Assembly (NCBI GenBank): GCA_951406725.2
Contig: OX597826.1
Coordinates: 75,950,001 to 76,014,000 of the forward strand
DNA length: 64,000 nucleotides
DNA from: Octopus vulgaris
Taxonomy: Eukaryota
Reading direction: 5' to 3'
Positions 48,856 to 62,980 of the stretch are shown here, in pieces. Position numbers and translations under genes: made by a program. The notes beneath the pieces were generated by a model that made no database searches, had not been told where the DNA came from, and was given only the letters and a program-made list of their open reading frames with translations. Each line of letters starts with the position of its first letter. Positions within the stretch are counted from its first letter, which is position 1.

Positions 48856-50388
48856 AAATGCACCTGTGATGGCATCACATAAAAAGCACCATGCCAAAAC
48901 AGACAACTGGGGCCTGGTGCAGCTCTCACACACACACAATTTTTGCCTGTCAAATTCACTCACAGGGCACTGGTTGGCCCGAGGCAATAAAGGCAGTTAC
49001 TCAGAGTGCTGTTGTCCAGTAGGACTGAGCCCAAAGTCACATGATTGCAAAGCAAGCTTCTTAACCATTTAGTCATGCCTGCACCAGGCAATTCTTACAA
49101 ATCCTCAAGTTGTATGATTGGTGTTGGTCATCTCTTCACCTTTCCACATTACTCGACCTTGCTGCATTGTAACCTCTGATACAACAACCAAAACTTTTAC
49201 CAGTTGAAAAACTAACCTTAACACAATGTCTAATTAATTAATTATCTTAGTATACTACGGCAAGCTGGCAGAATCGTTAGCATGCCAGGCGAAATGCTTA
49301 ACAGTATTTCATCTGCCTTTACATTCTGAGTTCAAATTCTTCCAAGGTTGACTTTGCCTTTTATCCTTCCGGGGTCAATTAAATAAGTACTGGTTATGCA
49401 CTGGGGTCAATGTAATCGACTTAATCCCTTTGTCTGTCCCTGTTTGTCCCCCTGTGGGCAATAAAGAAATGAATATCTTACTATACTTATGTCTAGGTGG
49501 AAAATGATATGTCAAATTAAGAAACTCCCGAGTTGCCTTAGTTCTTCAATCAGAGGGTTGTATCTTGAATTTTTGGTTTTCTTATTGTTATTCTTTTGCT
49601 GTATACTCTCAGTGCTTTTTACCTGTCATATACAGATATTGGCAGATCAAGAAGAGCGTATATTGATCAACTTGTGGAGGACAATGGATCTCGGTGTGAG
49701 GATATAAAGACTGTTATGGGAGATTGGAGACATCTGGTGTCAAAGAGATGCATTGGTCCAGGCAGGTCAACCAGCTGGATAGATAGCTTTTTTTTTTTAC
49801 ATATCCAGTTCAATCAGAGAATCCACTATTTCTGAGCATTTCATTTTAGTACTGGTCACCCACAAGGCATTGGCTGACCAGAGGTAATAGAAGAAGACAC
49901 TTGCACAAAGCACCACAAAAAGAAATCCTTTTCCTTCTCCTCCACCCTCTGCAGCAGCAGTTAGCAACTGTTTTCCATGCAGGCATGGGTTGGACAGTTT
50001 CACAGGAGCTGGCCAGCCAGAGAGCTTCCCAGGCTCCAATCGTCTGTTCTGGTTTGGTTTCTACAGCTGGATGCCCTTCTGAACACCAACCACTTTACAT
50101 TACAGAGTGTACTGGGTGCTCTTTTGTGGTAGTTGATTACATTGACCCCCCAGTATGTAACTGGTACTTATTTTATCAAGCCTGAAGGGATGAAAGGCAA
50201 AATCAACCTCAGTAGAATTTGAGCTCAGAACATCAATGATGCCTAATATTTAAATAAAATTTTTACTGGTACTTTGTTTTTCACAACACAGAATGGATGA
50301 AAGGCAAAGTTTGAACTCAGAATGTAAAGAGCTGTGACTAAATTCTGTGAGATATTCTGTCCAAAACTGCTGCACCTCCCAACTTATA

Positions 50389-50634
50389 TAGGGTGTTCAA
50401 AAAGTCCTTTCACAGTGAATTTTTTTCATCCTGACTCTCCAAGATTTATTTCAAAACATGTGTAGAAGAGTCAACTTAAGTATTGAAAATGAAGGGCAGC
50501 ACCTTCAGCACCTCTTATAAAGTTTTATAAATTCTTGTAAAGTCTAATATATTCTTTTGTAGTCTTTTACCATCTTATAAATATTTTATTTTGCAATAAA
50601 ATACTAACTGCAGAGAGACTTTTTGAACACCCTG
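50389..50634. mobile_element. Tc1/mariner-type MITE
   Basis: TA|TAGGGTGTTCAAAAAGTC ... GACTTTTTGAACACCCTG|TA. Confidence 0.85.
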
Positions 50635-50961
50635 TATAATTCTTCTTAATTTTAAAACAGGGCCAGCAATTTTTGGAGAGCAGAGGGAAGTTGACTACAT
50701 TGACCCCAGTTGGAATTTGAACTCAGAACCTAAAGAGTTGGGACAAATGCAACTAAGTTACTTGTCTGGTATTCTAGCAATCCTACCTACCAACCCACAA
50801 CCCTTAAGAAAATATGGAATGGTTTCTGCCCAAATTTGCATGTGTTCCTTGTGCAGAGATCATGCCAGTGTTTTCTTTATCTTTCTAATTTTAGCGTATG
50901 CGCGGTCAAGCTGCAGCAACGATAACAACAAAGCGAAAACATTAACAACAACAATATTTAC

Positions 50962-51043
50962 CAAGTTCTGTGTCGTTGATACCCATGAAGGATTCAAGCA
51001 GGCCGTTAATTTTGTCTACTGCCACACTGGATACGTCATCAGG
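50962..51043 (-). CDS. GIPC1: GIPC family PDZ adaptor, penultimate exon (PDDVSSVAVDKINGLLESFMGINDTEL-A)
   Basis: CTTCCAG| ... CTTG|GTAA, 82 nt; aligns with human GIPC1 [28 protein letters not shown] as recalled. Confidence 0.9.
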
Positions 51044-51480
51044 CTGGAAGAGAGGAAAATAGGTTTTACAAATTAAACAATGACAGAAACTACATCAAAG
51101 AAATATATATAAAACAAAATTTTTTAAAACTACAACTATAAAATAACAACAATAACAACAACAACAATAACAACAACAATGATAATTATGATGATGATGA
51201 TTACAATGATGATTATAACAATGGAAATGATGAAAATGGTACTGAAGATATATATCGTCATTCTCATCACTTTCACTATATCATCATCATCATCATCATT
51301 TAACGTCTGTTATCCATGCTGGCATGGGTTGGACAGTTTGACCAGGGCTGGCATGCTGGGATGCTGCACCAGACTCCAATCTGACTTGGCATGGTTTCTA
51401 CGGCTGGGTGCCCTTCCTAACGTCAACCACTGCATATATATATATACATACATACACATGTATATAATTGGGAATATTTA

Positions 51481-52274
51481 GAGTCAACAAGGAGTGCAGT
51501 TGGACATTTATTTTCAATCACTGCAATTGTTTCTGCACAATGTAGTTCTCCAGGCATGCAGGTACTTGATTATGCAACTGTTTCCCTGCATTATGAGATC
51601 TAGTAAAGATTGTTTGCCAACATAACATGGCAGTCCTGGTTTAGGACGAATGTTGCTGTAATTTAGCCCCAGGAGACATCGTCTCCAGCTGGCTATATGA
51701 CACGATCTGCGTCCTTATCTTTTCGAATAATGGAATCTAGCACCTCCCACCCAGCTCAAAACAATATCTGTGTATCACGATTTCCCGGTTATTTCCCTTC
51801 ATCAGCACAGAATAATTGTTCGGCTAGAGGTGGCGCTGCTAAATTCCCATTCGAAATATATAGTTTTCAAAGTAACAACTAGTCACTGATTTATAAATTG
51901 GAAAATTACTATTTTTAAATCTTACAATGTGAGATATTCAGAAACAGCTGCTGAATATCTCATGTGAGATTTAAAAATAGTAATTTTTTAAGTTATGAGA
52001 TCTAGTTGTGTTTCCTCAGGCGATATGTAAATATTGTATCCGTAAGTTCAGGATCTCCGCTCCAAGAGCATCCTCTCAGTCTGTCGTGGCCTGAAGTCAG
52101 TTGTAGCCAGTGGGTGTATTGTTGCAGAAGGGCCATAGACAAACACAACTAGATCTCATAATGCAGAGAAATGGTTGCATAATCAAGTACCTGCATGCCT
52201 GGTGAACTATTTTGTGCAGAAAGAATTGTAGAGATTGAAAATAAATGTCCGACTGTACTCTTCCTTGTTGACTC
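51481..52274. repeat. About 125-bp inverted repeat (51481-51604 / 52148-52274) enclosing a 40-bp-arm palindrome (51902-51988)
   Basis: GAGTCAACAAGG...ATTATGAGATCTAGT versus ACTAGATCTCATAAT...CCTTGTTGACTC. Confidence 0.85.
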
Positions 52275-52444
52275 CAAATTTTTTCAATCATCTCTTCACA
52301 CACAACAGATGCCCAAATGCAAACCTGGAGGTATGTATAATACTACTACTGGATAGCACAGGGTGAAATCTGAAGGTAGACGAGCTTTATACTGTACTCT
52401 ACTATGTTTTTAACTGAATAAACCATAACTATATAAAAAAAAAG

Positions 52445-52765
52445 ACTCCGCCGGTTACAACGACGAGGGTCCCAGCTGATACGATCAACGGAACAGCTTG
52501 CTCATGATATTAACGTGCAAATGGCTGAGCATTCCACAGACACGTGTACCCTTAACGTAGTTCTCGGGGATAATCAGCGTGACACAGAGAGTGACAAGGC
52601 TGACCCTTTGAAATACAAGTACAACTCATTTTTGCCAGCTGAGTGGACTGGAGCAACGTGAAATAAAGTGTCTTGCTCAAGGACACAACGCGTCGCCGGG
52701 AATCGAACTCACAACCTTACGATCATGATCCGAATGCCCTAACCACTAAGCCACGCACCCTCACA
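52445..52765 (-). mobile_element. tRNA-derived CORE-type SINE, family D (representative copy)
   Basis: Minus strand GCGTGGCTTAGTGGTTAGG...GAGTTCGATTCCC...GTGTCCTTGAGCAAGACACTT. Related copies at about 672-972, 4230-4440, 12720-12955, 33340-33495, 42718-43045, 57848-58190 and 58267-58600. Confidence 0.82.
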
Positions 52766-54034
52766 CCATAACTATATATATATATATAGTAAGATGAGGA
52801 TTCAGATAAAATCAAGGTATGCACCTTGAAAAGGTATGCACCAGGTAGGGGTGGGTAATCTCTGTGGTTCCATTCCAAGATTGGTGAGGATTGAAATATC
52901 AGATCAAATACTATGTGTATTTAGTTCCTAAGGGGCTGGTCCAAATTATACATTACTTTGAGTAGTACATTGTTGGTATAACAACAACAATGACAATTAT
53001 AATGATGATGACAACGATGATGATGATGATGACGACGATGATGACAATTACAATGATGATTATAATAATGGAATGATGAAAATGGTACTGAAGATATATA
53101 TATATATATCAACGCCTTGGTGTATTATAGTCAAATGAATAACAACATACAATGCATAATTGTCTGATCATTACAGCTATTTCTTACGTAACATTTTAGT
53201 TGAAGAATGAGAACATTACATCATTATAAAAGACGGTAATCATCAGATGAGAAGTGATTTTACAAAACAAAAGAATATCTGAAGAATACAGCAGGGAGGT
53301 GGCTAGAGTCTGTTGAGACAAAACTATGAAATGGGAGAATGACCAACTATGTTGGCCATTAAGAATATAGTTCTTGAGATGTGTGTAATTTGATATCTAA
53401 GGCCAGGGTTCCAGGCGAGGTAGAGTTAATTAGACTAGATCAAGGGTAGACTTGAGTGCGTTGTAGGAGATAATTTATAAAGTAGGCTATGAGTTGTGGT
53501 AGCTAAAAAGAGGTCATAAAGCAATTAAGGACAAGAGAAAAGAGAAGATGGCTAAATTGAAGGTGAGGATGGAGGGGAAAATAAAAATACAATCAATAAA
53601 ATAAAATAAAATCATACGAGCTGATCAAGTATAGGTTTGTGGTATAGGATTCTCTAGCTAATTGTGAATGACCAGAGGATAGATAAACAGCAAAATTTAG
53701 GGGTATTCAGCAGATATTGGTTGAAAGTAGGGGAGGTGGGGATGTATGAAGGCCATCAGATAATAGGATTAAACTTTACGGAATTAAAGTTATAGTAAAG
53801 TAGAGTGCTAATTATCAATAACGAGTTACAAAATTTAATGCAGGATAGGGTTATATAATGAACTACACCCAGTACGTGGTTAGAGGAAATTGCAGATCAG
53901 CATCACGGAAGGCCGGCAGTAGGGAGTAGTCTAATGATTAATTAAGGAATGTTAAACGGGTGGCAATGATATCAAAATTGGATGGTATAATCTTTTTGGG
54001 TGAATCAGGTGAAGCAACTCAATAGGTTTGGATA

Positions 54035-54785
54035 GAGTGTTCATGTGAACGTGACCTGGGTGTTATTGTCGACAGTGATTTGCGTTGGACAAAACACATC
54101 GCTAAAATTGTCAAGAAGGCTGAGAGTGTCTTGGCATCACTCACCAAATCCTTTGTGAGCCGCTCTCCGACTATCTATCTGCGGCTTTATATAGCTATGG
54201 TAAGACCTCACCTGGAATTTGCATCACCGGTCTGGAACCCCTATCTTGCCCAGGATATCAATCATCTGGAAGCCGTTCAGCGACGTGCAGCCAAAAGAAT
54301 ACCCTCCATCAGGCATTTGCCATATTCTGAACGCTTTACTTCCCTGGGCATGGACACATTGAAACTCCGACGTCTGGCAGCTGACTAGGCAGACACCCAT
54401 AAAATTATCAACCATCGTACAAACAATAACTCTGAGCACCTTTTCAAACTCCACCCATCTAACACCCGCGGACATGTTTACAAAGTAAGAAAACAGCACA
54501 GCTCCCATGACTTTTGGAAACATTTTTTCACGCTGAGAGTTGCTGAAGCATGGAACAAACTGCTGGCATCAGTTGTTAGTTGTCGGAGCACAGCATCCTT
54601 CTAAACTTCCATGCTTTCTGAGATTCGCCAACACTACACCTGATTTTCTCCCCTCCATACACACACAAGCATGTATCTGACTCATGCATTGTTCACTTTC
54701 CAGACATTTGTACATTACTGCATATACTCTGACAAGTTGTGGTGCACCTGAGCACTGTATACAATAATTTCATTATTATTATTAT
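54035..54785 (+). mobile_element. CR1-clade LINE 3' fragment (RT C-terminus, 3' UTR and (ATT)n tail)
   Basis: DLGVIVDSDLRWTKHI...LYIAMVRPHLEFASPVWNPY...LEAVQRRAAK...YSERF...LKLRRL..D*...TRGH..K...FFTLRVAEAWNKL; in-frame stop; ends in ATT repeats. Confidence 0.9.
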
Positions 54786-55937
54786 TTATTATATTATCTA
54801 CTCTATAACAAGTGCTGCTCAAAAACTGTATGTTGGTGTAAGGAGTTCTTAAGTAGAAGAAATTGAAAGGAACTGTTGAGGGTGTGCAGGTTGTGTACTA
54901 GAAGTTGGGTATCACTGTCATCGCTATTGTGTAATACCGGGTACACCGCGGATAGAATGGTTGGTTCCTTCAATATAGCATATCAAACAAGTACATTAAA
55001 AGCAGTTAAAGGTATTGGTAAAGGGAACATGAGACTAGAAGGGCTCAGAAATGAATAGATAGATCGATAGGTTAAGGGTCAGCGAAAAGGGGAATAAATT
55101 GGATTGGATTATGGAGGTCGTTTAATGTCCTTAAAGTATTTAAACATGTGAGTAGCCTTGTGGATACAGGAAAGACGAAGGTTTAGATTATTATTTACTA
55201 GATTTTCCCCTATTAGATCTCCTTAAAAGTTGAAATAGCTCCATGCAGCAAAGTCTGCATCCGTATCTGCTGTTTAAGTACAGTTTGGCAACCCTAAAGA
55301 TGTCCCAACTTAAATCAAATTTAATAGAATGGAGCAGCATAAAGTAAAGTGTTTTGTTCAAGAACACAATGAACGAAATTCCAGTCCAGGAATCGAAACC
55401 ACAATCTTACGATCATGAGTACAACACCCTAACTACTAGGCTACTATGTATGTATGGATGAGGACAGCTGCGTAAAGAAGTGTTGATCTCTAACTGTGGA
55501 AAGGAACTGCGAAAGAGGTAGACCTAGGAAGACATGGGATGAGGTGGTGATGCATTATCTCCAAATGTGGGGCCTCATGGAGGTGATGACAAGTGATCTT
55601 GACTTTTGGCGATTTGTAGTGCTTGAGAAGACTCGTCTGGTCAAGTGAAATCGTAGCAGTGTCTGGTGCTGGTGACACAGTACAGCATCCACACACCAGT
55701 GACATGTGGAAGGCACCCACTACACTCTTGGAGTGGTTGGCACTAGGAAGGGCATCCAGCTGTGGAAACCAATCCAAATTTAGACTGGAACCTGGTATAG
55801 CTCTCCGGCTTACCAGTTCCAGTCTTGCAGTCTAACCCATGCCGGCATGCAAAGCAAACAGTAAATGATGATGATGATGATGATGTGTGTGTGTGTGTGT
55901 GTGCACGCACATGTGTATGTATGTATGTATGTATGTA

Positions 55938-55970
<33 letters not shown>

Positions 55971-56669
55971 ATGCATGTGTGTCTGCATGCGCATATGTAT
56001 GTAAGTATGTATGTATGTGTGTGTGTGAGTGCATGTGCATGTGTATGTATGTATGTATTAATTTTATGAGCAAACTTGTAGAATGTTGTGTTCTCCTAAC
56101 TTGGTCTATTATTTCCATTTGTTATCATTGGTCAGTACAACATGTCACGGTGACATTGATTTATCAATACCCGACATAAATAACACCATTGTAAAAGGTT
56201 ATCCACCAGTTTTGTCTATAATCCACTGAATTTTAATCCTTTACACCTTTTTTCTTTTTTTTATATATTTAGTAGGGTATTTAGAACTATCTGCTATGCC
56301 CTACCCCTGCTTCCTCTTTTTTTGTCTTTGTTTTTGAGATGGTAGAATGTGATTTATAGGATTTGAGAGAAATTTAGCTGTTATTTCCAGCAGGTTGAGT
56401 GACTGGCAAAGGGGCACCTTTGCATATTCAAAAACTGATATTAAAATGTCAGTGGCCATCAGTGTCCCCTTTTCCATGCTAGCATGGGTCAGATGGAATT
56501 TGTTGAGGGAGATTTTCTGTGGCCCAATGCCCTTCCCCTTGTCAATCCTCACAGGTGTTCCAATGCAAGGTAATATTTCCCCATGGAAATGTATGAGATG
56601 GGAAATGAACAACACTGCTTGTACGACAGGGTGGTTCATTTACATTCATCACATGATCCCTAGACAGAG

Positions 56670-56942
56670 GTGCACACATATACAAACACCCCCATACACA
56701 AATACACACACACACATGCACACACAAACACAAACACACTACACACAAACACACACACTACACACACACACACACCACACACACAAACACGCACATCACT
56801 CACACACAAACACACACACCACTCACACACATCACGCACAAACACACACACACACACACACACACACATCACAAACACACAAACACCACACACAAATACA
56901 CACATGCTACACAAACACACACACCATAGACATCATACAAAC

Positions 56943-56973
<31 letters not shown>

Positions 56974-56982
56974 AACACACAT
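56670..56982. repeat. Degenerate (CA)n tract
   Basis: Direct inspection. Confidence 0.9.
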
Positions 56983-59900
56983 TTTCAGTCATAAATGGTC
57001 ACCTGATCCTCTCAGGTAAGAATTTTCACCTGTATGTATTTTGGTTGTATACAGTTCATTGTGGAATGAAACTTTCCCAATAGTTCGGTTTTAAACAAGT
57101 ATAACCTGCACACATGTTGGAATGCCAAACTCCCTGCTTCTCAAACAGAACACCAAGAATATTTGAAAATATAATCTAAGGCTTTAGAACATCTACATTA
57201 ATGTTTGGTCTTCATGAAAACATGTCTTTCATAATTTTGTTAAATACAAACATGACTTAAGGCAGTGAGCTGGCAGAATCGTTAACATGCTGGGAAAAAT
57301 GCTTGGTGGTAATTTGTCTGTCTTTACATTCTGAGTTCAAATTCTGCTGAGGTCGACTTTGCCTTTCATCCGTTCAGGGTCGATTAAATAAGTACCAGTT
57401 ATGCACTGGGGTCGATATAGTCGACTTAATCTGTTTGTCTGTCCTTGTTTGTCCTCTCTGTGTTTAGCCCCTTGTGGGTAGTAAAGAAATAGGTAATTCA
57501 TCTGTCTTTACATTCTAAGTTCAAATTACGCCAAGGTCAACTTTGCCTTTCATCCTTTCGGGGTTGATAAATTAAGTACCAGTTGTATACTGGGGTTGAT
57601 CTAGTTAATAGACACCCCACCCCAAAAATGTCAGGTCTTGTGCCCGAAGTAAAAAAAAAAAGAGTAAAATAAAAACTACAAATATGACTCAAGAAATGAG
57701 GTAAGCAATGATTTGCTTCTTCTATTTTTTGATAATTTTTTAATCTTTACAAATAGTTTTTTTGTTTAAATTTCGAAGGAAATGCACCTGTAATTGATTT
57801 TTTAAAATTTAATCTCTTCTATGTCATTAAGTTTCCAGTGTATCATCGTGGCACTCCGTCAGTTACGACGACGAGGGTTCCGGTTGATCCGATCAACGGA
57901 ACAGCCTGCTCAGGAAATTAACGTGCAAGTGGCTGAGCACTCCACAGACACGTGTACCCTTAATGTAGTTCTCGGGGAGATTCAGCATCACACAGAGTAT
58001 GACAAGGCTGGCCCTTTGAAGTACAGGTATAACAGAAACAGGAAGAAAGAATGAGAGGAAGTTGTGGAGAAAGAGTACAGCAGGAATCATCACCACCCAC
58101 TGCCAGAGCCTCATGGAGCTTCAGGTGTTTTCACTCAATAAATACTCACAATGCCTGATCTGGGAATCGAAACCGTGATCCCACAACCGCAATGTGTCAA
58201 GAAGTCAGAAAGACAGAAGACCACTCATCTAACTAAAAAAGTTACTTAACCATTGTCATTATTAAGGGAAGGCACATGGCTCAGTGGTTAGAGTGTCGAG
58301 CTTACAATCATGAAGTTGTGAGTTCAATTCCCGGACCGGGCTGCGTGTTGTGTTCTTGAGCAACATACTTTATTTCACATTGCTTCAGTTCACTTAGCTG
58401 TAAAAATGAGTAGCGACATTGCTGGTTCCAAGCTGTATCAGCCCCTTTGCCTTTCCCTTGGGTAGCATCAGTGGTGTGGAGAGGGGAGGCTGGTATGCAT
58501 GGACGACTGCTGGCCTTCCACATCAACCTTGCCCGGACTTGTGCCTTGGAGGGTAACTTTCTAGGTGCAATCCCATGGTCATTCATGACCGAAGGGAGTC
58601 TCCATTGTCATTATCATCATCTTTTTAATAGCCCCTTTTTAATATTTGCAAGGGTCAGATGTAGTTTACTGGGGAAGATTTTCTACGGCAGGATGCACTT
58701 TCTGTCACCAACCCTTACCTGTTTCCAAGCAACGTAATATTTGCCAATGACCAGGCATGATTTTGCAGAAAACTGGCAATGAATGATACTGTTTGTATGA
58801 CATTATGCGATGTTAAGACACACACACAATAGGCTACTTTCAGCTTCTATCTACCAGATCTACTCACATGGCTTTGGTCAGCTAATGGCTATACAAGGCG
58901 ACCCTTGCCCAAGATGCCACACAGTAGGATTGATCCTATTACAATGCAGTTGGTAGTAAATTTCTTACCAGACAATCGGGCCTTGTGCCTATACAACACC
59001 CACCAAAATATAACAAACTCCTCTGCTTAAAGGAGTTACTCTATAACCACAACAAAACCCCTCAAAGTAAAGCATCATCACCATCATCATCATCATCATG
59101 TGGTCAGGCAAATTGCCCAGATCAATAAATCATGCTGGTCTTTCAATAGCTAAATATTTCATCAGTGCACACTACGGCCTCAGATGATAACAGTAATTTG
59201 CTACACTTCTATATCTAAGAGATGAGGAATTATTCACATTATTTACATTTGATGGATATTTGTCCTCATCTTGTTTGTTGTTAACACAACGTCAAATGTA
59301 AATAATGTAAGTAATTTGCTAACTGAATTGGCTGATTCTGGCCATTTACAGTTTGTTGTTGATTCATCCACTCAACATTTAATGATATTCGCCATTGACT
59401 CAATATGCTTGTCTGTTCAATTAGTTCACATCCACCATGCGACATTCCCATGATTTCAGTGGAACCCTAACTCAGTGGGGGCTAAGCTTTGTCAAGGAAT
59501 CACCTAAGATTTGTTCTGGGGCTGTTTATTCTCATATTAAAAGCTGACCTTTGTTTACATGCTAATTAAACCATAGCTGGTCAGAACTTTGGAACCTGGA
59601 ATTTATATTGGCTAAGAGGTGTTTCCACAAAACCTCAAAACCGAAGGTCCGACTACCAGATGCAGTAAAAACTCATACCCAGAACTAAAGAAATGCAGTT
59701 ATTCTATAATCACAACAATCTCCCCTAAATAAAGGAATTCTCCTATAAACTAGCAGTTTTCAAACGCAGCTCTCATGGTTGCATGTGGCCCTCAAGCATC
59801 CTTTCGATGGCCCCTGATGAGTTTCTCTCCATAAATATAAATTCTTCTTTAAATGACTGCTACATCATCATCATCATCAACATTTAACATCCATTTTCCA

Positions 59901-60325
59901 TGCTGGCATGGGTTGGACAGCTTGACAGGAACTGGCAAGGACAGGGGCCACACCATGTCCCAAAGCCTGTTTCGGCTTAGTTTTTATGGTTGGATGCCCT
60001 TCCTAAGGCCAAGCACTCCACAGAGTTTACTGGGTGCTTTATATGTGGCACCATCACCAGTGCTTTTCATCTGGCACCAGCACCCACACCAATGCTTTTT
60101 ACATGCAACCTTCATTTTAGAATCTCAATTTTGTTGAGGTGGGCAGATCTTCTCGAGCACAGCAGTGCGCTTCATATCTCGGTCTTCTGCTATCCCCTTT
60201 ATATGGCTCAGCATTTTGAGATCAGCCTCCTGTACTTCATCACACGTCTTTCTGGGTTTCCCTCATCTGCAACTACCCTCCACTTTGAGTGATCAGCACT
60301 TATTGGCATCAAAGTTATTTGTCTT

Positions 60326-62659
60326 ATTCTCTATTTCCTTCCATCATAAATCTATGACCTGGTCAACTGTTACCCTACTTCCCATGGCATATATCTATGA
60401 TATAACCAATAATACTCTCTACTTCCTTCCATCATAAATCTATGACCTGGTCAACTGTTACCCTACTCCCCATGGCATATATCTATGATATAACCAGTAA
60501 TACTCTCTACTTCCTTACATCATAAATCTATGACCTGGTCGACTATTACCCTACTTCCCATGGCATATATCTATGATATAACCAATAATACTCTCTACTT
60601 CCTTGCATCATAAATCTATGACCTGGTCAACTATTACCCTACTTCCTATGGCATATATCTATGATATAACCAATAATACTCTCTACTTCCTTACATCATA
60701 AATCTATGACCTGGTCAACTATTACCCTACTTCCCATGGCATATATCTATGATATAACCAATAATACTCTCTACTTCCTTGCATCATAAATCTATGACCT
60801 GGTCAACTATTACCCTACTTCCTATGGCATATATCTATGATATAACCAATAATACTCTCTACTTCCTTACATCATAAATCTATGACCTGGTCAACTATTA
60901 CCCTACTTCCCATGGCATATATCTATGATATAACCAATAATACTCTCTCACTTCCTTGCATCATAAATCTATGACCTGGTCAACTATTACCCTACTTCCC
61001 ATGGCATATATCTATGATATAACCAATAATACTCTCTACTTCCTTACATCATAAATCTATGACCTGGTCAACTATTACCCTACTTCCCATGGCATATATC
61101 TATGATATAACCAATAATACTCTCTACTTCCTTGCATCATAAATCTATGACCTGGTCAACTATTACCCTACTTCCCATGGCATATATCTATGATATAACC
61201 AATAATACTCTCTACTTCCTTGCATCATAAATCTATGACCTGGTCAACTGTTACCCTACTTCCCATGGCATATATCTATGATATAACCAATAATACTCTC
61301 TACTTCCTTGCATCATAAATCTATGACCTGGTCAACTGTTACCCTACTTCCTATGGCATATATCTATGATATAACCAATAATACTCTCTACTTCCTTACA
61401 TCATAAATCTATGACCTGGTCAACTATTACCCTACTTCCCATGGCATATATCTATGATATAACCAATAATACTCTCTACTTCCTTGCATCATAAATCTAT
61501 GACCTGGTCAACTATTACCCTACTTCCCATGGCATATATCTATGATATAACCAATAATACTCTCTACTTCCTTACATCATAAATCTATGACCTGGTCAAC
61601 TATTACCCTACTTCCTATGGCATATATCTATGATATAACCAATAATACTCTCTACTTCCTTGCATCATAAATCTATGACCTGGTCAACTATTACCCTACT
61701 TCCCATGGCATATATCTATGATATAACCAATAATACTCTCTACTTCCTTGCATCATAAATCTATGACCTGGTCAACTGTTACCCTACTTCCTATGGCATA
61801 TATCTATGATATAACCAATAATACTCTCTACTTCCTTGCATCATAAATCTATGACCTGGTCAACTATTACCCTACTTCCCATGGCATATATCTATGATAT
61901 AACCAATAATACTCTCTACTTCCTTACATCATAAATCTATGACCTGGTCAACTATTACCCTACTTCCCATGGCATATATCTATGATATAACCAATAATAC
62001 TCTCTACTTCCTTGCATCATAAATCTATGACCTGGTCAACTATTACCCTACTTCCCATGGCATATATCTATGATATAACCAATAATACTCTCTACTTCCT
62101 TGCATCATAAATCTATGACCTGGTCAACTGTTACCCTACTTCCTATGGCATATATCTATGATATAACCAATAATACTCTCTACTTCCTTGCATCATAAAT
62201 CTATGACCTGGTCAACTGTTACCCTACTTCCTATGGCATATATCTATGATATAACCAATAATACTCTCTACTTCCTTGCATCATAAATCTATGACCTGGT
62301 CAACTATTACCCTACTTCCCATGGCATATATCTATGATATAACCAGTAATACTCTCTACTTCCTTACATCATAAATCTATGACCTGGTCAACTATTACCC
62401 TACTTCCCATGGCATATATCTATGATATAACCAGTAATACTCTCTACTTCCTTACATCATAAATCTATGACCTGGTCAACTGTTACCCTACTCCCCATGG
62501 CATATATCTATGATATAACCAGTAATACTCTCTACTTCCTTACATCATAAATCTATGACCTGGTCAACTATTACCCTACTTCCCATGGCATATATCTATG
62601 ATATAACCAATAATACTCTCTACTTCCTTGCATCATAAATCTATGACCTGGTCAACTGT
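60326..62659. repeat. 88-bp tandem satellite, about 26.5 copies, highly homogeneous
   Basis: Unit CATCATAAATCTATGACCTGGTCAACTATTACCCTACTTCCCATGGCATATATCTATGATATAACCAATAATACTCTCTACTTCCTTG recurs at 60342, 60430, 60518 ... 62631. Confidence 0.97.
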
Positions 62660-62750
62660 AAATATAATTTTTTTCTTTGATTGACTTGTGTTTTACCTTT
62701 TTTTTTGGTGCTGCTGGCTCCCAAGAAATATCTTGGTTTTAGATCTGACC

Positions 62751-62944
62751 CACTGCATCCTTCAAAACTTCCATGCTTCCTGAGATTCGCCAACACTACA
62801 CCTGATTTTCTCCCCTCCATACACACGCAAGCAAGTATCTGACTCATACACTGTTCACTTCCCAGACATTTGTACATTACTGCATATGCTTTATACAAAC
62901 TTTCTGACAAGTTGTGGTGCACCTGAGCACTGTATACAATAATT

Positions 62945-62980
<36 letters not shown>
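62751..62980 (+). mobile_element. CR1-type LINE 3' end with (ATT)n tail
   Basis: Same 3' UTR as 54590-54785. Confidence 0.85.

Noticed and set aside
54080-54388. Functional reverse transcriptase gene
   Set aside because: 5'-truncated CR1 fragment without the catalytic YADD region and with an in-frame stop
53130-55200. Old minus-strand LINE hosting the CR1 insertion
   Set aside because: The composition suggests it, but motifs were too decayed to support a call without an alignment
60326-62659. CRISPR-like array
   Set aside because: Units are contiguous near-identical 88-mers with no unique spacers, there are no cas genes, and the context is a eukaryotic intron
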